A DNA stretch of 64,000 nt from Anthoceros angustus (taxonomy: Eukaryota; Plantae; Anthocerotophyta): positions 806,001 to 870,000 of the forward strand of contig VJWM01000118.1 in assembly GCA_010909165.1 (NCBI GenBank), in the 5' to 3' direction. The notes beneath the pieces were generated by a model. It was not told the DNA's origin, searched no databases, and saw only the letters and a program-made list of their open reading frames with translations. Below are positions 25,346-38,063 of the stretch, one piece after another. The stretch's first letter is position 1. Every line of letters starts with the position of its first letter. The position numbers and the translations under genes are program-made.

Positions 25346-26029
25346 GTGGAATTGCCCCTGATCGCCTAGATGTCAATCACCGGTGCTGCCATCGCCGATC
25401 TTGCCGCAGCTGACCGAGATTCCTCCCTATGCTGCTACCCTTACTGGAGTGTCGTGTTCTTCAGTGCTTGGCTTACTTGGGGATTCTGCACACTACTCTT
25501 CAGTGGTCTCATGAGAATCGGGAGTCATGTGCTGAGGTGCATGAGGCATATCACCTTTAGAAGCCTGCTCAAAAGTCAACTAAGTAAGTTCCACTCCTAG
25601 CAGCATCTGAAGATGAGTTGGTAGTACCTTCCTTAGGCTTTGACTTCCCAGGATCCAAGGCACCTGGAATCCCTTGGAACATTGGGTTCTTGTTGCAAAG
25701 ATCTGCCATTGCATGGAAGTGTGGCCATGTGGTATTGATGCTCCCCGTTGCTTGTCTTTTGCTCCTTCTCCTTCTGCTTTGCAGCGTGGAGGCTGCTTAC
25801 ACCCCGTACACAAGAATACTCTGTCTTACTGTGCACAAGTATTTAGGCACAGCTAAGCTGACTCCAGGAACAATCCAAACTACAAGCATTGAATGGAATA
25901 TAAGTGACAAGATGGCCTCGTCAAATTAACTTGCTGGGTTTTGAACATTGCACGAGCTGAATGAAGCAGAAAGGAAACACACTCATGTGCTGCTAGAATC
26001 GTGCAAAATTGAGGAAGTGAACTTGCTTT

Positions 26030-28344
26030 GGAGGAACCAGTTGGAGGCACTGGCAACATGCTTTGATCAATGCCCTCGCAGTACTTCTTGCGCTCCCTAT
26101 AGACAGCCCTTGCACTGAAATGCTTAGGTTGATATTCAGTAAAAAGACCTTTAGCCTGCATAGACAGTAGACGCCTCTCAAAAACGTCTCTGATACGACT
26201 GAGAACTGCAAATACATATGCACATTTGGAAGAGCGAGCATCACGGGATGGCATTGGACACATCAATCTGGCAACATAGCTTGCCGAGGGAGATAAAAGA
26301 ATCCCAGACAAAGTTGCGTCCACCAATCAAAGGCCATTCACAGTGTGGGCACCAATCCAACCCATACACCAGCTTCACGTACAAAACAGGCAAGCTGCAC
26401 TTCCATGGTTTGGGGACCACGTGAAAAATCCACAACTCAGACGAAGAGACAAATGCAAACATCATTTGGGCCCCAACACCAAAAGCAACAACTGCGATAT
26501 GGAAACTGTGCCTTTTATTGAAGAAGCTCAGACTACAAATTTCAGGATCTTCACTGTGTAACAGTGAAATAAAGAGAAAGCAGCCAACCAGGGCATGACT
26601 GACAGAATTTTCAAATGATTCATAATCCTTCCACAACTGCTCCACGAGGTGGACGGGGGCTTATACAGCCTGCTGGTAGGCCTTGCGCACTGAAGTCATC
26701 CGCTGTGACTCCTCATTCGGTGTGGATGCCTGTGGGATCCAACATCATCAGAATTCCAGACAAACAAACCAGCACATTCACATACTATGAGTAGGTCCAG
26801 TAGGTGGAGCTCAGACACGCAACAGAACAGCACATTAACGTACCACTGCTCCCTTCACAAATGAAATGTACTCTTGCCAAACAGAACCTGCTGAGATCAC
26901 CCACAATATGTCCAGGAGCCTTGAAAATCTGGCAGAATGGAGTGTACCCAATTTGTCTCCTTGGTTCCGGGCAAGCGTCGAACCCTGCAAGTCCAAGTCC
27001 CAAAAGACACAGCCGTGCCATCATGCTCCCACCCTAAGGTTGATTGCAACTCCTCCACAGCACCACATAATCTATAATTGCATACACTGCCCGAGGCAAA
27101 ATCAAAGCAAAGCAGCACTTACCAACGTGATTCAACATAAACTCATACGCCTTTTTTCATCTCCTCCCTCCCCTCAGACCTCTACTTTCATTCACCTTCC
27201 GCATAAACCGAATGTAAGACTTCCTCCACACCGGCTGGGCCTATGAGCAACCGAAAGCATATCAACAGAAGCAACCCAGCCGCGTGCAGGAGTAGCAACA
27301 CGCACCAAAGACCCACATTTAAGCAATTGAGCAAACATCGACTGAAGATTTGCTTGACAGCATCATCATTGTTGGCACCCATTTGCAACTCCACATACTT
27401 CTTCCAGTAAACGGCCTGCACCCCGAGATCGTCCACATAATGCTAATCAACCGACATATGTAATCAGCTGCACATGGTCACTCAGCTCCCTCCTTTCCCA
27501 CTGAACACAAAAACTCCCCCCAACACCCTACCACCACAATGTTCACAACAACGATTCCACACCAAAGCCCCACACACCCTCGTGAGAACCTCACCGAAGT
27601 TGGGAAGTTGGCAATAATAGCCTCATAAACAGGGATGGCATCAGCCACAGACCTCGACTGCCAAACACAAAAACAACCCATTACACCTTTTCTTCAACCA
27701 AACTGCAGCAAAAGCACCACCTTTGCACAATCCCCACCCCAATACCTCACCTGGGCCTCGTTCCCAAGCAGCACCCAAGCCTCCACGTCATACTGATGAA
27801 GCTCGATCCTCTCCCGAGCACGCCGCTCCTGAAATCCCACGAACCAAAAACCCTCAATCACAAGACCGGAAAAAACCCACCAACCCCCCGGCACCACCAC
27901 ACCCTCACCTTCTCCGTCAGAGGAGGTACCCGGCTGCGGAGGCGGCTTCACAACGGGCACCAAACCTGGGGCCGCCTCCGGCCTCCCTCTGTCCCCAGAT
28001 TCAGGCCTCCCGAGCCCAGCATTCTCAGGTACCCTGCGCGCAGCATCCTGGATCCCAGCTGCGGACACGCTCTCCTCCTGCTTCACTTCCTCCTTCACCA
28101 CCACCTCGGAATTCCCCCCGGCACCAGTGCTGGGCACCGCAGTGCTGGCAGCCTCCTCCCCCGCCTCCGCCTTGTTGCCCTCGTTTGCAACAGCCTTGTC
28201 TGCGGGCTCCGCGGCCATGGCAGTCACGCTGGCCTCATTCTCCGTCTTCACCACCACGAGCTCCAGCCCGAAGCTCACGGCCGGCCCCTCCTCCGCTGCG
28301 CTCATGCTGCCGGGCTTCCAACTTTCGCTCTCCTCATGCTGCAT
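26030..28344 (-). pseudogene. CSTF77: CstF-77 (Suppressor of forked/RNA14) 5' portion, apparently truncated
   Basis: Exons YDVEAW..., PVYEAIIANFPTS, YWKKYVELQMGANNDDAVKQIFSRCLLNCLNVGLW, EQLWKDYESFENSV and AKGLFTEYQPKHFSARAVYRERKKY..PPTGSSK. No later CstF77 exon was recognised before the ABC1K piece. Confidence 0.88.
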
Positions 28345-29507
28345 AGTTCTTTCCAGTCATCTTCGCCGGACGTGAAAATGCAAATCCACTGCCGGCTCCG
28401 CGTCATTCTGCTGCACCGCGGCTTCGGGGCGAGCAGTGGCAAGCCGGACCAAAAGGGCGTTGGCCGTGGGTTGATTGTTCAATGACATCATCGTTGAATG
28501 TTGGGAGACATTAGCTGCAGGCCTGGTGGGAGGAGAAAGAAAAGCTTACGAAGGTGTAGGAATGTGGGCCATTCTAAACACTCCACTGTATAAATAAGGC
28601 TGAAACATCCATCTGGCAGTCAGTTTATCCAATTGGTGCTGTCCTATGCAATTTCAAGTGGTCCTCTTTAGTACCCACTGCCAAGTGAGTTGGTGCTTAT
28701 CCACTGCCAAGTGAGTCACTGCTGATTGATCCTAGTTTTTCTTAGCCTAATCTAGGCTCATCTGTCTTGCCTATGACCAGATTCCATGTATTGAAGGGGC
28801 CAACTGCGTCCCATCAAGTGAGCTTTCCCTAGAACTTGTATACGTCCTGCAGGCTATCGTTGTTACACAGGTTTTCTGGAATATGTAGGTGCTTCCTTCC
28901 AATTCTCTTGATTCTGATTCTGTCAGTGGCACTTGGCTACAACTTTCAGCACAACTTGTGCTTGTGTTAGCTCTGGGTTTGTCGTGATAGTGGTGTTTTT
29001 AATTTTTACAGGCTTCGTCTAGTGGCACCTAGTACAACTTTCAACTCAATTTGTGCTTGTTCTAGCTCTTGCTTTGTAGTGATAGTGCTGTTTTTTAATT
29101 TTTACAAGCATTGTCTACAAGTCTCTACCTACGGCTGGATCACACGGCCCTGAGTCTTGGTTGCAAGTTTGCATGCCAAGGTCCAAAAGTAACTCCAAGT
29201 TCTGTCGCATCTACAAAGTCTCACGACAGGCAACCATTTGAACAAACTACAAGCTTTAGATCTGTTTAGGTGTGATGGAACGCTACATTATTTAAAAGAA
29301 AAACCACGATCAGCTTAGGAACATTCACCAATGTTCCGTGCGTTCACCAAGCAAGCAACACCTTGGCTTTTAAACAAACCTACACTTCCAAAGAACTCCA
29401 ACACTAAAAACCAATAGCAAACCTTGCACATTCACATCATGCGCAATCCTCCGCCTTGCACTTACTTATGCACTCGCAGAGCCATGTCGCTTTCCTTTCC
29501 TTGTATC

Positions 29508-32500
29508 TCACTGTGTGAGTGGAGCCCACATACGGCCCTCGAGGGATTTTAGAATGTCCTCGAGTCTCGACCAGGCATCCACATTGACATCCTCTTCATT
29601 CACGGCCACCATGTTAGGCAATTGTTGGTGGTTGGACAATGTTTCCCCTACCAATCCGATCACTGTCATTGGCATAGCTCCTGCCCTATTTGCAAAATCT
29701 GGTATAGCGTTTCCCAAACCAGCAGCTACATGCAAGCCTGCCTTGGCTAGAAACACAAGCAAGTTAGCACTCATCATGTAAAGTCAATCCACTTGTAGTT
29801 TTACCGATACAACCAAAGGATAACCAGTTGTCCTTGTACAATATGGTTCGCCACCTCTCTCCTCACACATGAGATGCAAATGAACCGCCTTGCCAACCTG
29901 AATCAAAGCCATAAACCTTTCTCGGAATGATACATCATCACTACCAAAGAAAGGACGACGAGGCATGGTGGAACCATGATACCCTATAATATCATCCATG
30001 TTGCGTTTCAAAGCCCTCAATGTTTCCTTTTTCGACTCCATCATCTTAGCTTCAACTGATCTAATCAACTCCACTAACTCCTTTTGATTACTGTCCAGTT
30101 TGTCCATCACCTGCGAGTGCTGTATATCAAGCTTTTGCGATATTATAGTAAGATTGTCCAACAAAGTTCTCATATTTTCCACGGAGAGGTCAGAGTGACT
30201 TCGTAAAGGAACTGTAGACACACTGTGACTTGCTGCAGCCTTGGAGCTTGTGACCATATGTGCGACTGTTTCAAGATCCGTTGTCACCTTCAATACACAA
30301 TCTTTTTGCCGTTCATAAAACTCAGTATTCCTCTGCACTATATCTACCAAGTATTTCGCATCTACAAATTCTTCCACCTTACGAGATATCCTGATCCCAT
30401 TTACTTCATCGCCAATAGCAGGCCAAGAATGCATAAAATCCAATATGTTTCTGGTAACAAAATACCCGTCACCACATTGCAAAGTTTGCTCTTCATCTAG
30501 AAGAAACTCCGTTAAATCCGTCTCAAGGTATGCTTGGTTCCGTCTCAATGTGCAAGGTATCAAGCAAGTTACACAGGAAGGGTTGATGAAAGCTCACAAT
30601 GCAACTCCTGGACAACCCCTAGGTGAAGCACAAAAGTTTCTCAATTCTTCAAGGATATGTTGTCGCATAAATGTATACGCAAAACCATGACGTTGTGCTG
30701 ACTTGACAAGTATATCAACAAAATCGCCAATCGCTCCTCCACCGCTGTATTCAATAAAGATATCCATACCATTGTAGCCTATGGAAATAAGATTGTAGCC
30801 AAATCTGTATTGATGAGACTGCATTCGCAAGTCCACCTTGGAAAAAAGACGATTTCGCAAAACCACCTTAAGAAAAGAAACAAAGTTAGTGCAACGTTCA
30901 AGTACAAGTTATCACCCATGTCAACCTCTTCACCTCGAAAACTTGCAAGGAAAAGACAAAGATATACCTGAAACCTCGGGAAAAAACCCTCAGTTAAGAA
31001 AGTTCGAACATCTTGACATTGTAAGCGGCGGCCTATAAACTCATAGTTTACATCATTGTCATATGTAGTTGGCCATTGTAGAGATCTTTCACTATTCGCG
31101 CCTACATGCCGATTGATGGTTGTTGGAATGAAAAACCCTTGCGTTTCCATACCTAGAGGTGCCTCGTAACATAACTCCAACTCCAACATAATATTCACCA
31201 AGTCTTGAGTTTCAAGTCCGGTATAGTCCTTTGAAAAGTTAGTAAGAACCGACTGAGTCTCTCGTTTACAAATCCTTCAGTAGTAAGGGGTAAGAATGGA
31301 CTATGTGATTGTATGAAATGACCTAGAAAGTTGTGAGTTATCCAATTCGGATTAATTACTATTATATTTTCATTTTTTAACTGGATAATTTTTCCAACAT
31401 CATGAAGATAGGATGAAATGGCAGATATTATGTTCTTTTGGTGATCTGACGGAAACTGATTCAACTCCTCAAGTTGTTGCACACAATAGCTTCCAAATTC
31501 CTCTTGTTGCATCAAAGGTTGAGAAGGCTTCTTAGATACCCACTGTATCAAGGCCTTACTCAATTTCTCACATACATAAGGAACTAATTTTGAGTCTTCA
31601 CATGCAATTTTTAAGGTTTTAAATACCTCACGTAATACGTTCTTTATGCATTTCAATGAATAAGCCTTGATAATTTCTGGTTTTGGAATTACATCTATTA
31701 AATCTGAAAACTCTTTTGTTACATCCTTCATTTGTGTGTTTAATAAACTTTCTATAAATTGTTCTTTTTTTTTAAATTTATCTAGGTACGTAATTATAAC
31801 CAATAATTTTGGTTTCACTACACTTCCCTGCTTGACATTAGAGGCAATAAATGTTAGCCAATACTTCAATTCATCCTCAAACTTTGTTTTCATATCTTCG
31901 TAAGACATAATTTTTCCCGACACATGGTCAAAGGGACTAAACACGAACGAAAATAGACAAGCTTGGTGAATATTAGGAAAGAGATAATCATGGAGAATGC
32001 GAAATTCATCTTGGCCGGCCAGATCCCAAATACTTACTTGCAGATCTTCGTCATTGTCGAATATATGTTCGATTTCTATCCCTTTTGTCATCTCCCACGG
32101 CAGGCGCACATTTGTCATACAAGTTGCCACCCTTCTCCATTTTTGAGAATAGCAGACCATACTTCGACGTATTGTACTCTTCCCTGCAATATTTATCAAT
32201 GATAATATTAGATATTCACAAAGAGCAAATAATCTTGAAGTTTTCTATAGCAAAGGATGGAATTACCTGCACGTGGCGATCCACAAAGAAAGAATCTACC
32301 CACTTTTGGCCATACAAATTTGAAGACTTGCCGATAAAATGCAGGTAAATATGCAACCTGTCGATTATTCCGTCGCATAGCTTCCCTCAACAATGCAGTT
32401 TTCCCTTCTCTTTCCCATTGCCAATCGTTTATTTTGATAGTTACCAAAGATTCATTCGAAGCTATACTTCGCAAAAGATCTGTGAATATTTTTGAAGTCA

Positions 32501-35082
32501 ATCTATAGCAAAGGATGGAATTACCTGCACGTGGCGATCCACAAAGAAAGAATCTACCCACTTTTGGCCATACAAATTTGAAGACTTGCCGATAAAATGC
32601 AGGTAAATATGCAACCTGTCGATTATTCGTCGCATAGCTTCCTCAACAATGCACTTTTCCTTCCTTTTCCCATTGTCATCTATTTTATAGTTACCAAAGA
32701 TTCATTCACTATACTTCGCATAAGATCTGTAAATATTTTTGAAGTCAATCTATAGTAATATCAAGAGTTTGTATAGTTCTATTCTTCCCTAAGGATGTAA
32801 AAACTTGATCACTGAAGATTTTGCTAAAATATCCTCCCAATCGCAGTTTCTTGAGGGCTCTAGCGTCTTGTAACTGCAGTCCTGGTCCCCCATCTGTCCA
32901 GTCAGCAGCGCCCTTGATCTCGCAGACTTCCAGCACAGCATTTGTGCGTAATATGCAATTCAGATCTGCCACATTCCTGTGTGACAATTCGAAAATTACG
33001 AGCTTAGTGACAGATCTATTGTCCACAGTCACATGTCCCTCAGTGCTGATTTCTCCCAATCCGGTGCGAAGGAATTCTTCCATATTCACGTCTGACTCAG
33101 CTTCCATTCTACCAATTTCCAACTCTTCCAACGTTGTGTTCCTGGCCAGGGCTTTGCCGATTATTCTCGCATCTTGCAATGTCCAGAAGATGCCGATAAA
33201 ATGCAGGTAAATATGCAACCTGCGATTATTCGTCGCATAGCTTCCTCAACAATGCACTTTTCCTTCCTTTTCCCATTCCATCGTTTATTTGATAGTTACC
33301 AAAGATTCGAGCTATACTTCGCATAAGATCTGTGAATATTTTTGAAGTCAACGGTCTATATCTAATATCAAGAGTTTGTATAGTTGTATTCTCCCTAAGG
33401 ATGTAAAAACTTATCACTAAAGATGCTAAAATATCCTCCCAATCGCAGTTTCTTGAGGGCTCTGGCCTTGTAACTGAGTCCTGGCATATCTGTCCAGTCA
33501 CAGCGCCTTGATCTCGCAGACTTCCAGCACAGCATTTGTGCGTAGTACCAAATTCAGATCTGCCACACCCATGTGTGACAATTCGAAAATTACGAGCTTA
33601 GTGACAGATCTATTGTCCACAGTCACATGTCCCTCAGTGCTGATTTCTCCCAATCCGGTGCGAAGGAATTCTTCCATATTCACGTCTGACTCAGCTTCCA
33701 TTCTACCAATTTCCACCTCTTCCAACGTTGTGTTCATGGCCAGGGCTTTGCCGATTTTTCTCGCAGCTTGCAATGTCCAGAAGACGCCGATAAAATGCAG
33801 GTAAATATGCAACCTGCCATTATTCGTCGCATAGCTTCCCTCAACAATGCACTTTTCCTTCCTTTTCCCATTCCATCGTTTATTTTGATAGTTACCAAAG
33901 ATTCATTCGAAGCTATACTTCGCAAAAGATCTGTGAATATTTTTGAAGTCAACGGTCTATATTGTCGCATATCAAGAGTTTGTATAGTTCTATTCTTCCC
34001 TAAGGATGTAAAAACTTGATCACTGAAGATTTTGCTAAAATATCCTCCCAATCGCAGTTTCTTGAGGGCTCTAGCCTTGTAACTGAGTCCTGGCATATCT
34101 GTCCAGTCACAGCGCCTTGATCTCGCAGACTTCCAGCACAGCATTTGTGCGTAGTACCAAATTCAGATCTGCCACACCCATGTGTGACAATTAAATTACG
34201 AGCTTAGTGACAGATCTATTGCCCACCGTCACATGTCCTCAGTGCTGGTTTCTCCCAATCCGGTGCGAAGGAATTCTCCCATATTCACGTCTGACTCAGC
34301 ATTCTACCAATTTCCAACTCTTCCAACGTTGTGTTCCTGGCCAGGGCTTTGCCGATTATTCTCGCATCTTGCAATGTCCAGATGCCGACAATGTTCAAAT
34401 CACGCAAGTAGGGCATATGCCGGGAGCGAACAGCGCCGCTATTAGTCCAGCCCCCGATATTCTCAGCTCGTAGTTCAATGACAGGTCCAGGACGCGGAGC
34501 GCGGAGTGGGGAGCAGCGCTCAGTGCGCTCACCAGCTCCTCAAACCCGTACCCATTCACGTCGACCTCTGTCAGTATTAACTTGTGGAGCGTGCGACTGA
34601 CAAGCAAGAGGTCTCCCAAAGCTTTCCATCCAGCCGCGCTGCCCACACCCTCACGTCCTTCAACAAGCAGCTTGTGTAAGGCGGAGGTGTCGGATATGGA
34701 TGCCAGCCCCCCAAACAGAGCCTCCACCTCTTCCACTCTCGCCCATCCCCGCCGATTCCATACTCGCCCCGCAACCGGATGGTTTCGAGAGTAGGACAAT
34801 GGCCGATGGCAGAGAGCACCTGCAGTCGCACTTCCTCCACCTCTTGTTAGCCACCGTCCGTGCAGAAATGAAGAAGCCCCGAACCTGTCATCTTAGATCG
34901 TCTTCAAGAACAGTGCGCAGTGGCGGAGTGTTGGATGAAGAGGCAGAAGCTGCATCAGCTGGCCATGGGCCGGCGCCCAGCTCGGCCAGAAGCTGCTGCA
35001 ACGCAACAGGAAGCGGCTCCTCATCCGCATCCTCGAAATTGAGCCCGCCATGCCAATTCGCTCCACTGCTGACACGGCCCAC
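29508..35082 (-). CDS. TORNADO1-like LRR-Roc-COR (ROCO) protein, frameshifted in this sequence
   Basis: RI-like LRRs (ALARNTTLEELEI, LGKNRTIQTLDI, LRVLDLSLN). P-loop CGSPRAG|KST is split by an 83-nt intron (32184-32266). G3 VSIWDLAGQDEF, COR IVINPNWITHNFLG, and a TRN1-type C-terminus (HLMCE, VAAGLGNAIPD). Confidence 0.85.
32245..34390. repeat. Internal tandem duplications in the ROCO gene: three ~600 bp LRR units and a ~258 bp duplicate
   Basis: cgataaaatgcaggtaaatatgcaacc recurs at ~32331, 32590, 33195 and 33790; aatccggtgcgaaggaatt recurs at ~33058, 33652 and 34257. Confidence 0.9.
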
Positions 35083-35302
35083 GGGCTACCAGATCCGACT
35101 CCGGACCAGTACCCCACCTCCGAATTCACACACGCGTTTCCGACGAGAACCTACAGTACAGGATGCCAAGCCCCTGCACCTGGGAACACGAAGCTATCAT
35201 CAGCACCACTGCCGGGCAACCTGCCCCAGCCACCACTATCAGCAGCACTGCACCAATTGCAGGCCCACCACTTGCAGCTCATGATCAGCATGCACGCTCC
35301 GA

Positions 35303-36605
35303 GCTTGCCATCACAACAATCACCCTCGCATGCTCAAAGCCATCCGGGTGGGCACAAACATTGGCACCTACCTCCACCGGCAACTGCAACTGCAACTGCA
35401 ACGCCCATCGCACCCTACGCTCACACACGTCCCCCCGGCCGGACACTGCCATTCACGCGTGCAGGCACCTGCAGCTCACCAACCCACAAAGCCAGCACTG
35501 GCATGATCACAACACCTCGAGCTCATGGCCAGTCACAGGTACCTCTGTGGCAACGTATCTATGCGTGCGAGGGCAGAAGAGACTAGTCTACCATCTACCT
35601 GCATCATCTGGAGACGCTCTTTCCACCACCACCAAGCCTGCATCAGTGGACAGCCTCACATCTCCGTGCTGCAGCCTACGTTTTGTAGGCCTGCACACCA
35701 CGCGCTTGAGAAGCTTCTGGGACACTTTCCTGCTCCAAGCTTGCCATCACAACAATCACCCTCGCATGCTCAAAGCCATCCGGATGGGCACAAACATTGG
35801 CACCTACCTCCACCGGCAACTGCAACTGCAACTGCAACGCCCATCGCACCCTACGCTCACACACGTCCCCCCGGCCGGACACTGCCATTCACGCGTGCAG
35901 GCACCTGCAGCTCACCAACCCACAAAGCCAGCACTGGCATGATCACAACACCTCGAGCTCATGGCCAGTCACAGGTACCTCTGTGGCAACGTATCTATGC
36001 GTGCGAGGGCAGAAGAGACTAGTCTACCATCTACCTGCATCATCTGGAGACGCTCTTTCCACCACCACCAAGCCTGCATCAGTGGACAGCCTCACATCTC
36101 CGTGCTGCAGCCTACGTTTTGTAGGCCTGCACACCACGCGCTTGAGAAGCTTCTGGGACACTTTCCTGCTCCAAGCTTGCCATCACAACAATCACCCTCG
36201 CATGCTCAAAGCCATCCGGATGGGCACAAACATTGGCACTTACTTCCACCGGCAACTGCAACTGCAACTGCAACGCCCATCGCACCCTACGCTCACACAC
36301 GTCCCCCGGCCGGACACTGCCATTCACGCGTGCAGGCACCTGCAGCTCACCAACCCACAAAGCCAGCACTGGCATGATCACAACACCTCGAGCTCATGGC
36401 CAGTCACAGGTACCTCTGTGGCAACGTATCTATGCGTGCGAGGGCAGAGACTAGTCTACCATCTACCTGCATCATCTGGAGACGCTCTTTCCACCACCAA
36501 GCCTGCATCAGTGGACAGCCTCGCTACATCTCCGTGCTGCAGCCTACGTTTGTAGGCCTGCACACCACGCTTGAGAAGCTTCTGGGACACTTTCCGGCTC
36601 CAAGC
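35303..36605. repeat. Three tandem 436-bp units
   Basis: gcttgccatcacaacaatcaccctcgcatgctcaaagcc recurs with 436-bp spacing; each unit contains a (GCAACT)n run. Confidence 0.93.
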
Positions 36606-36909
36606 GCTCCCCAGCCTCCTTCCTGGCCACGTGCTTTAACAGCTGTTCAGCACCACAGTCTCCAGAGAATATCCCGGTGACAAGTCGTCAACGGTTTCAA
36701 ACTAGGATTGGCCCGGGTCTAGAGCTGCAAAGTGCGCGGCGGACCCACCCCATCCAGCGCATCACCAGGTACCACAACTACTATGCTCGAACAGGGGAGT
36801 CAAGAATGTCGAACAGTCTCGGAGCACAGTCTCCAAACAGTTTTTGGAGCAATTATCTTCCAGGAAGCGGAAGAGGGAATGGTGGAACTTTCCTCGGCAA
36901 ATCACATTA

Positions 36910-37826
36910 TCAGTGCAGGGATGACTCCACCTGGCTGACATGCCGAGAATGAACAGGAGCATACCAACTGAAGTTCAAACCGGTCCGTTGTGGGTTTCAG
37001 GACTTCCATGTCAGCTAGATCGTCTGCAAGGTAACGCCATTCTCCATTCACAAGAAGGGAAAAGGATGCAAACATGGCAGCCTGATGCATCTTCTCCATG
37101 CGACAAAGCAGGCTCAAGTCCAAGTACCTGTAACACAATCACTGACCCTCACTAATATCACAATCCACAATATCTGCAATCCAAGCCAGTGCACTGGCTG
37201 TAGAACCGTCTGAACAGTCGATGAAATCCAGTGTGACAAGATTCAGCACGCTCTCACTTTGCCACCTACCATCGGCATGAGATGTCGCTTTGCTTCATTC
37301 TGATCCTCAACAATAGCCAGCTGACCACCCGACGATACCCCTCTGCAATTAGTTGCATGTCCCCAGGTCGATCACCTTGCACCCATTCCATAGTCAGGAC
37401 CCTCTTGGTAGTCATAGCAGGCAGGGTACGAGGAACCACCATGTACTTCAAGTGAGCACGTGCTTCCTACAAGGGAAAGCCACCAATTGTGATCCCATCA
37501 ACCAGAGTCCAAGGAATAAAGCTGCCAGAAGTATGGCTACATGTTACGACAGCTCTGGAGCAACTGCTGCTTGGACAATCCAAAAACTTCATGACAAAAC
37601 GGTTCGATCCATACTCAAAATTCTTCCGCATTTGTGGCCTCCACGTTGTAGTCAAGCTCCCATGCAGACCCCGTCCAAGCTCATCAGCCAGACCTAACCC
37701 TGCCGCAACAAAACCACCGCCAATTCAACAAACACGACGAACACCAAAATCATCTTACAAAACAGAACAACAAAGCCGCACGCATCATCCTTTCAGAACA
37801 AAGCCAGTCTCGGCAAGTAAACCCTG
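36910..37826 (-). pseudogene. ABC1K kinase fragment, copy B
   Basis: Colinear with ~24527-25312. It retains the exon VVPRTLPAMTTKRVLTMEWVQG, typical of ABC1 kinases. Confidence 0.82.
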
Positions 37827-37854
37827 CCGGTAAGTAAACCCTTCCTAACGGTGC

Positions 37855-38063
37855 CGACCTTCGTATCACAGCACGTCTTGGTGGCAGTGAATTTCACATC
37901 AATCGGCAAGAAGGCTAATGGAACTGCTGGTGGCACCACAAACTCCATGGTCCCATTCCGATTGGTATTATCAATTAAGGTGATGGACCATTCCAGGTCC
38001 AGGACGGACTTTGGTGCATCATACGTCCAGTCTCCATCAACTTGATTCATGCTTGGTGGATCC
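37855..38063 (-). pseudogene. Delta-COP C-terminal fragment, copy B (longer than copy A)
   Basis: DPPSMNQVDGDW...MEFVVPPAVPLAFLPIDVKFTATKTCCDTKV. Confidence 0.85.

Noticed and set aside
27723-28485. Long Pro-rich plus-strand ORFs
   Set aside because: Antisense shadows of the GC-rich first CstF77 exon.
35050-36680. Several 140-260 aa ORFs
   Set aside because: Products of the 436-bp repeat, whose length is not a multiple of 3; no recognisable domain.
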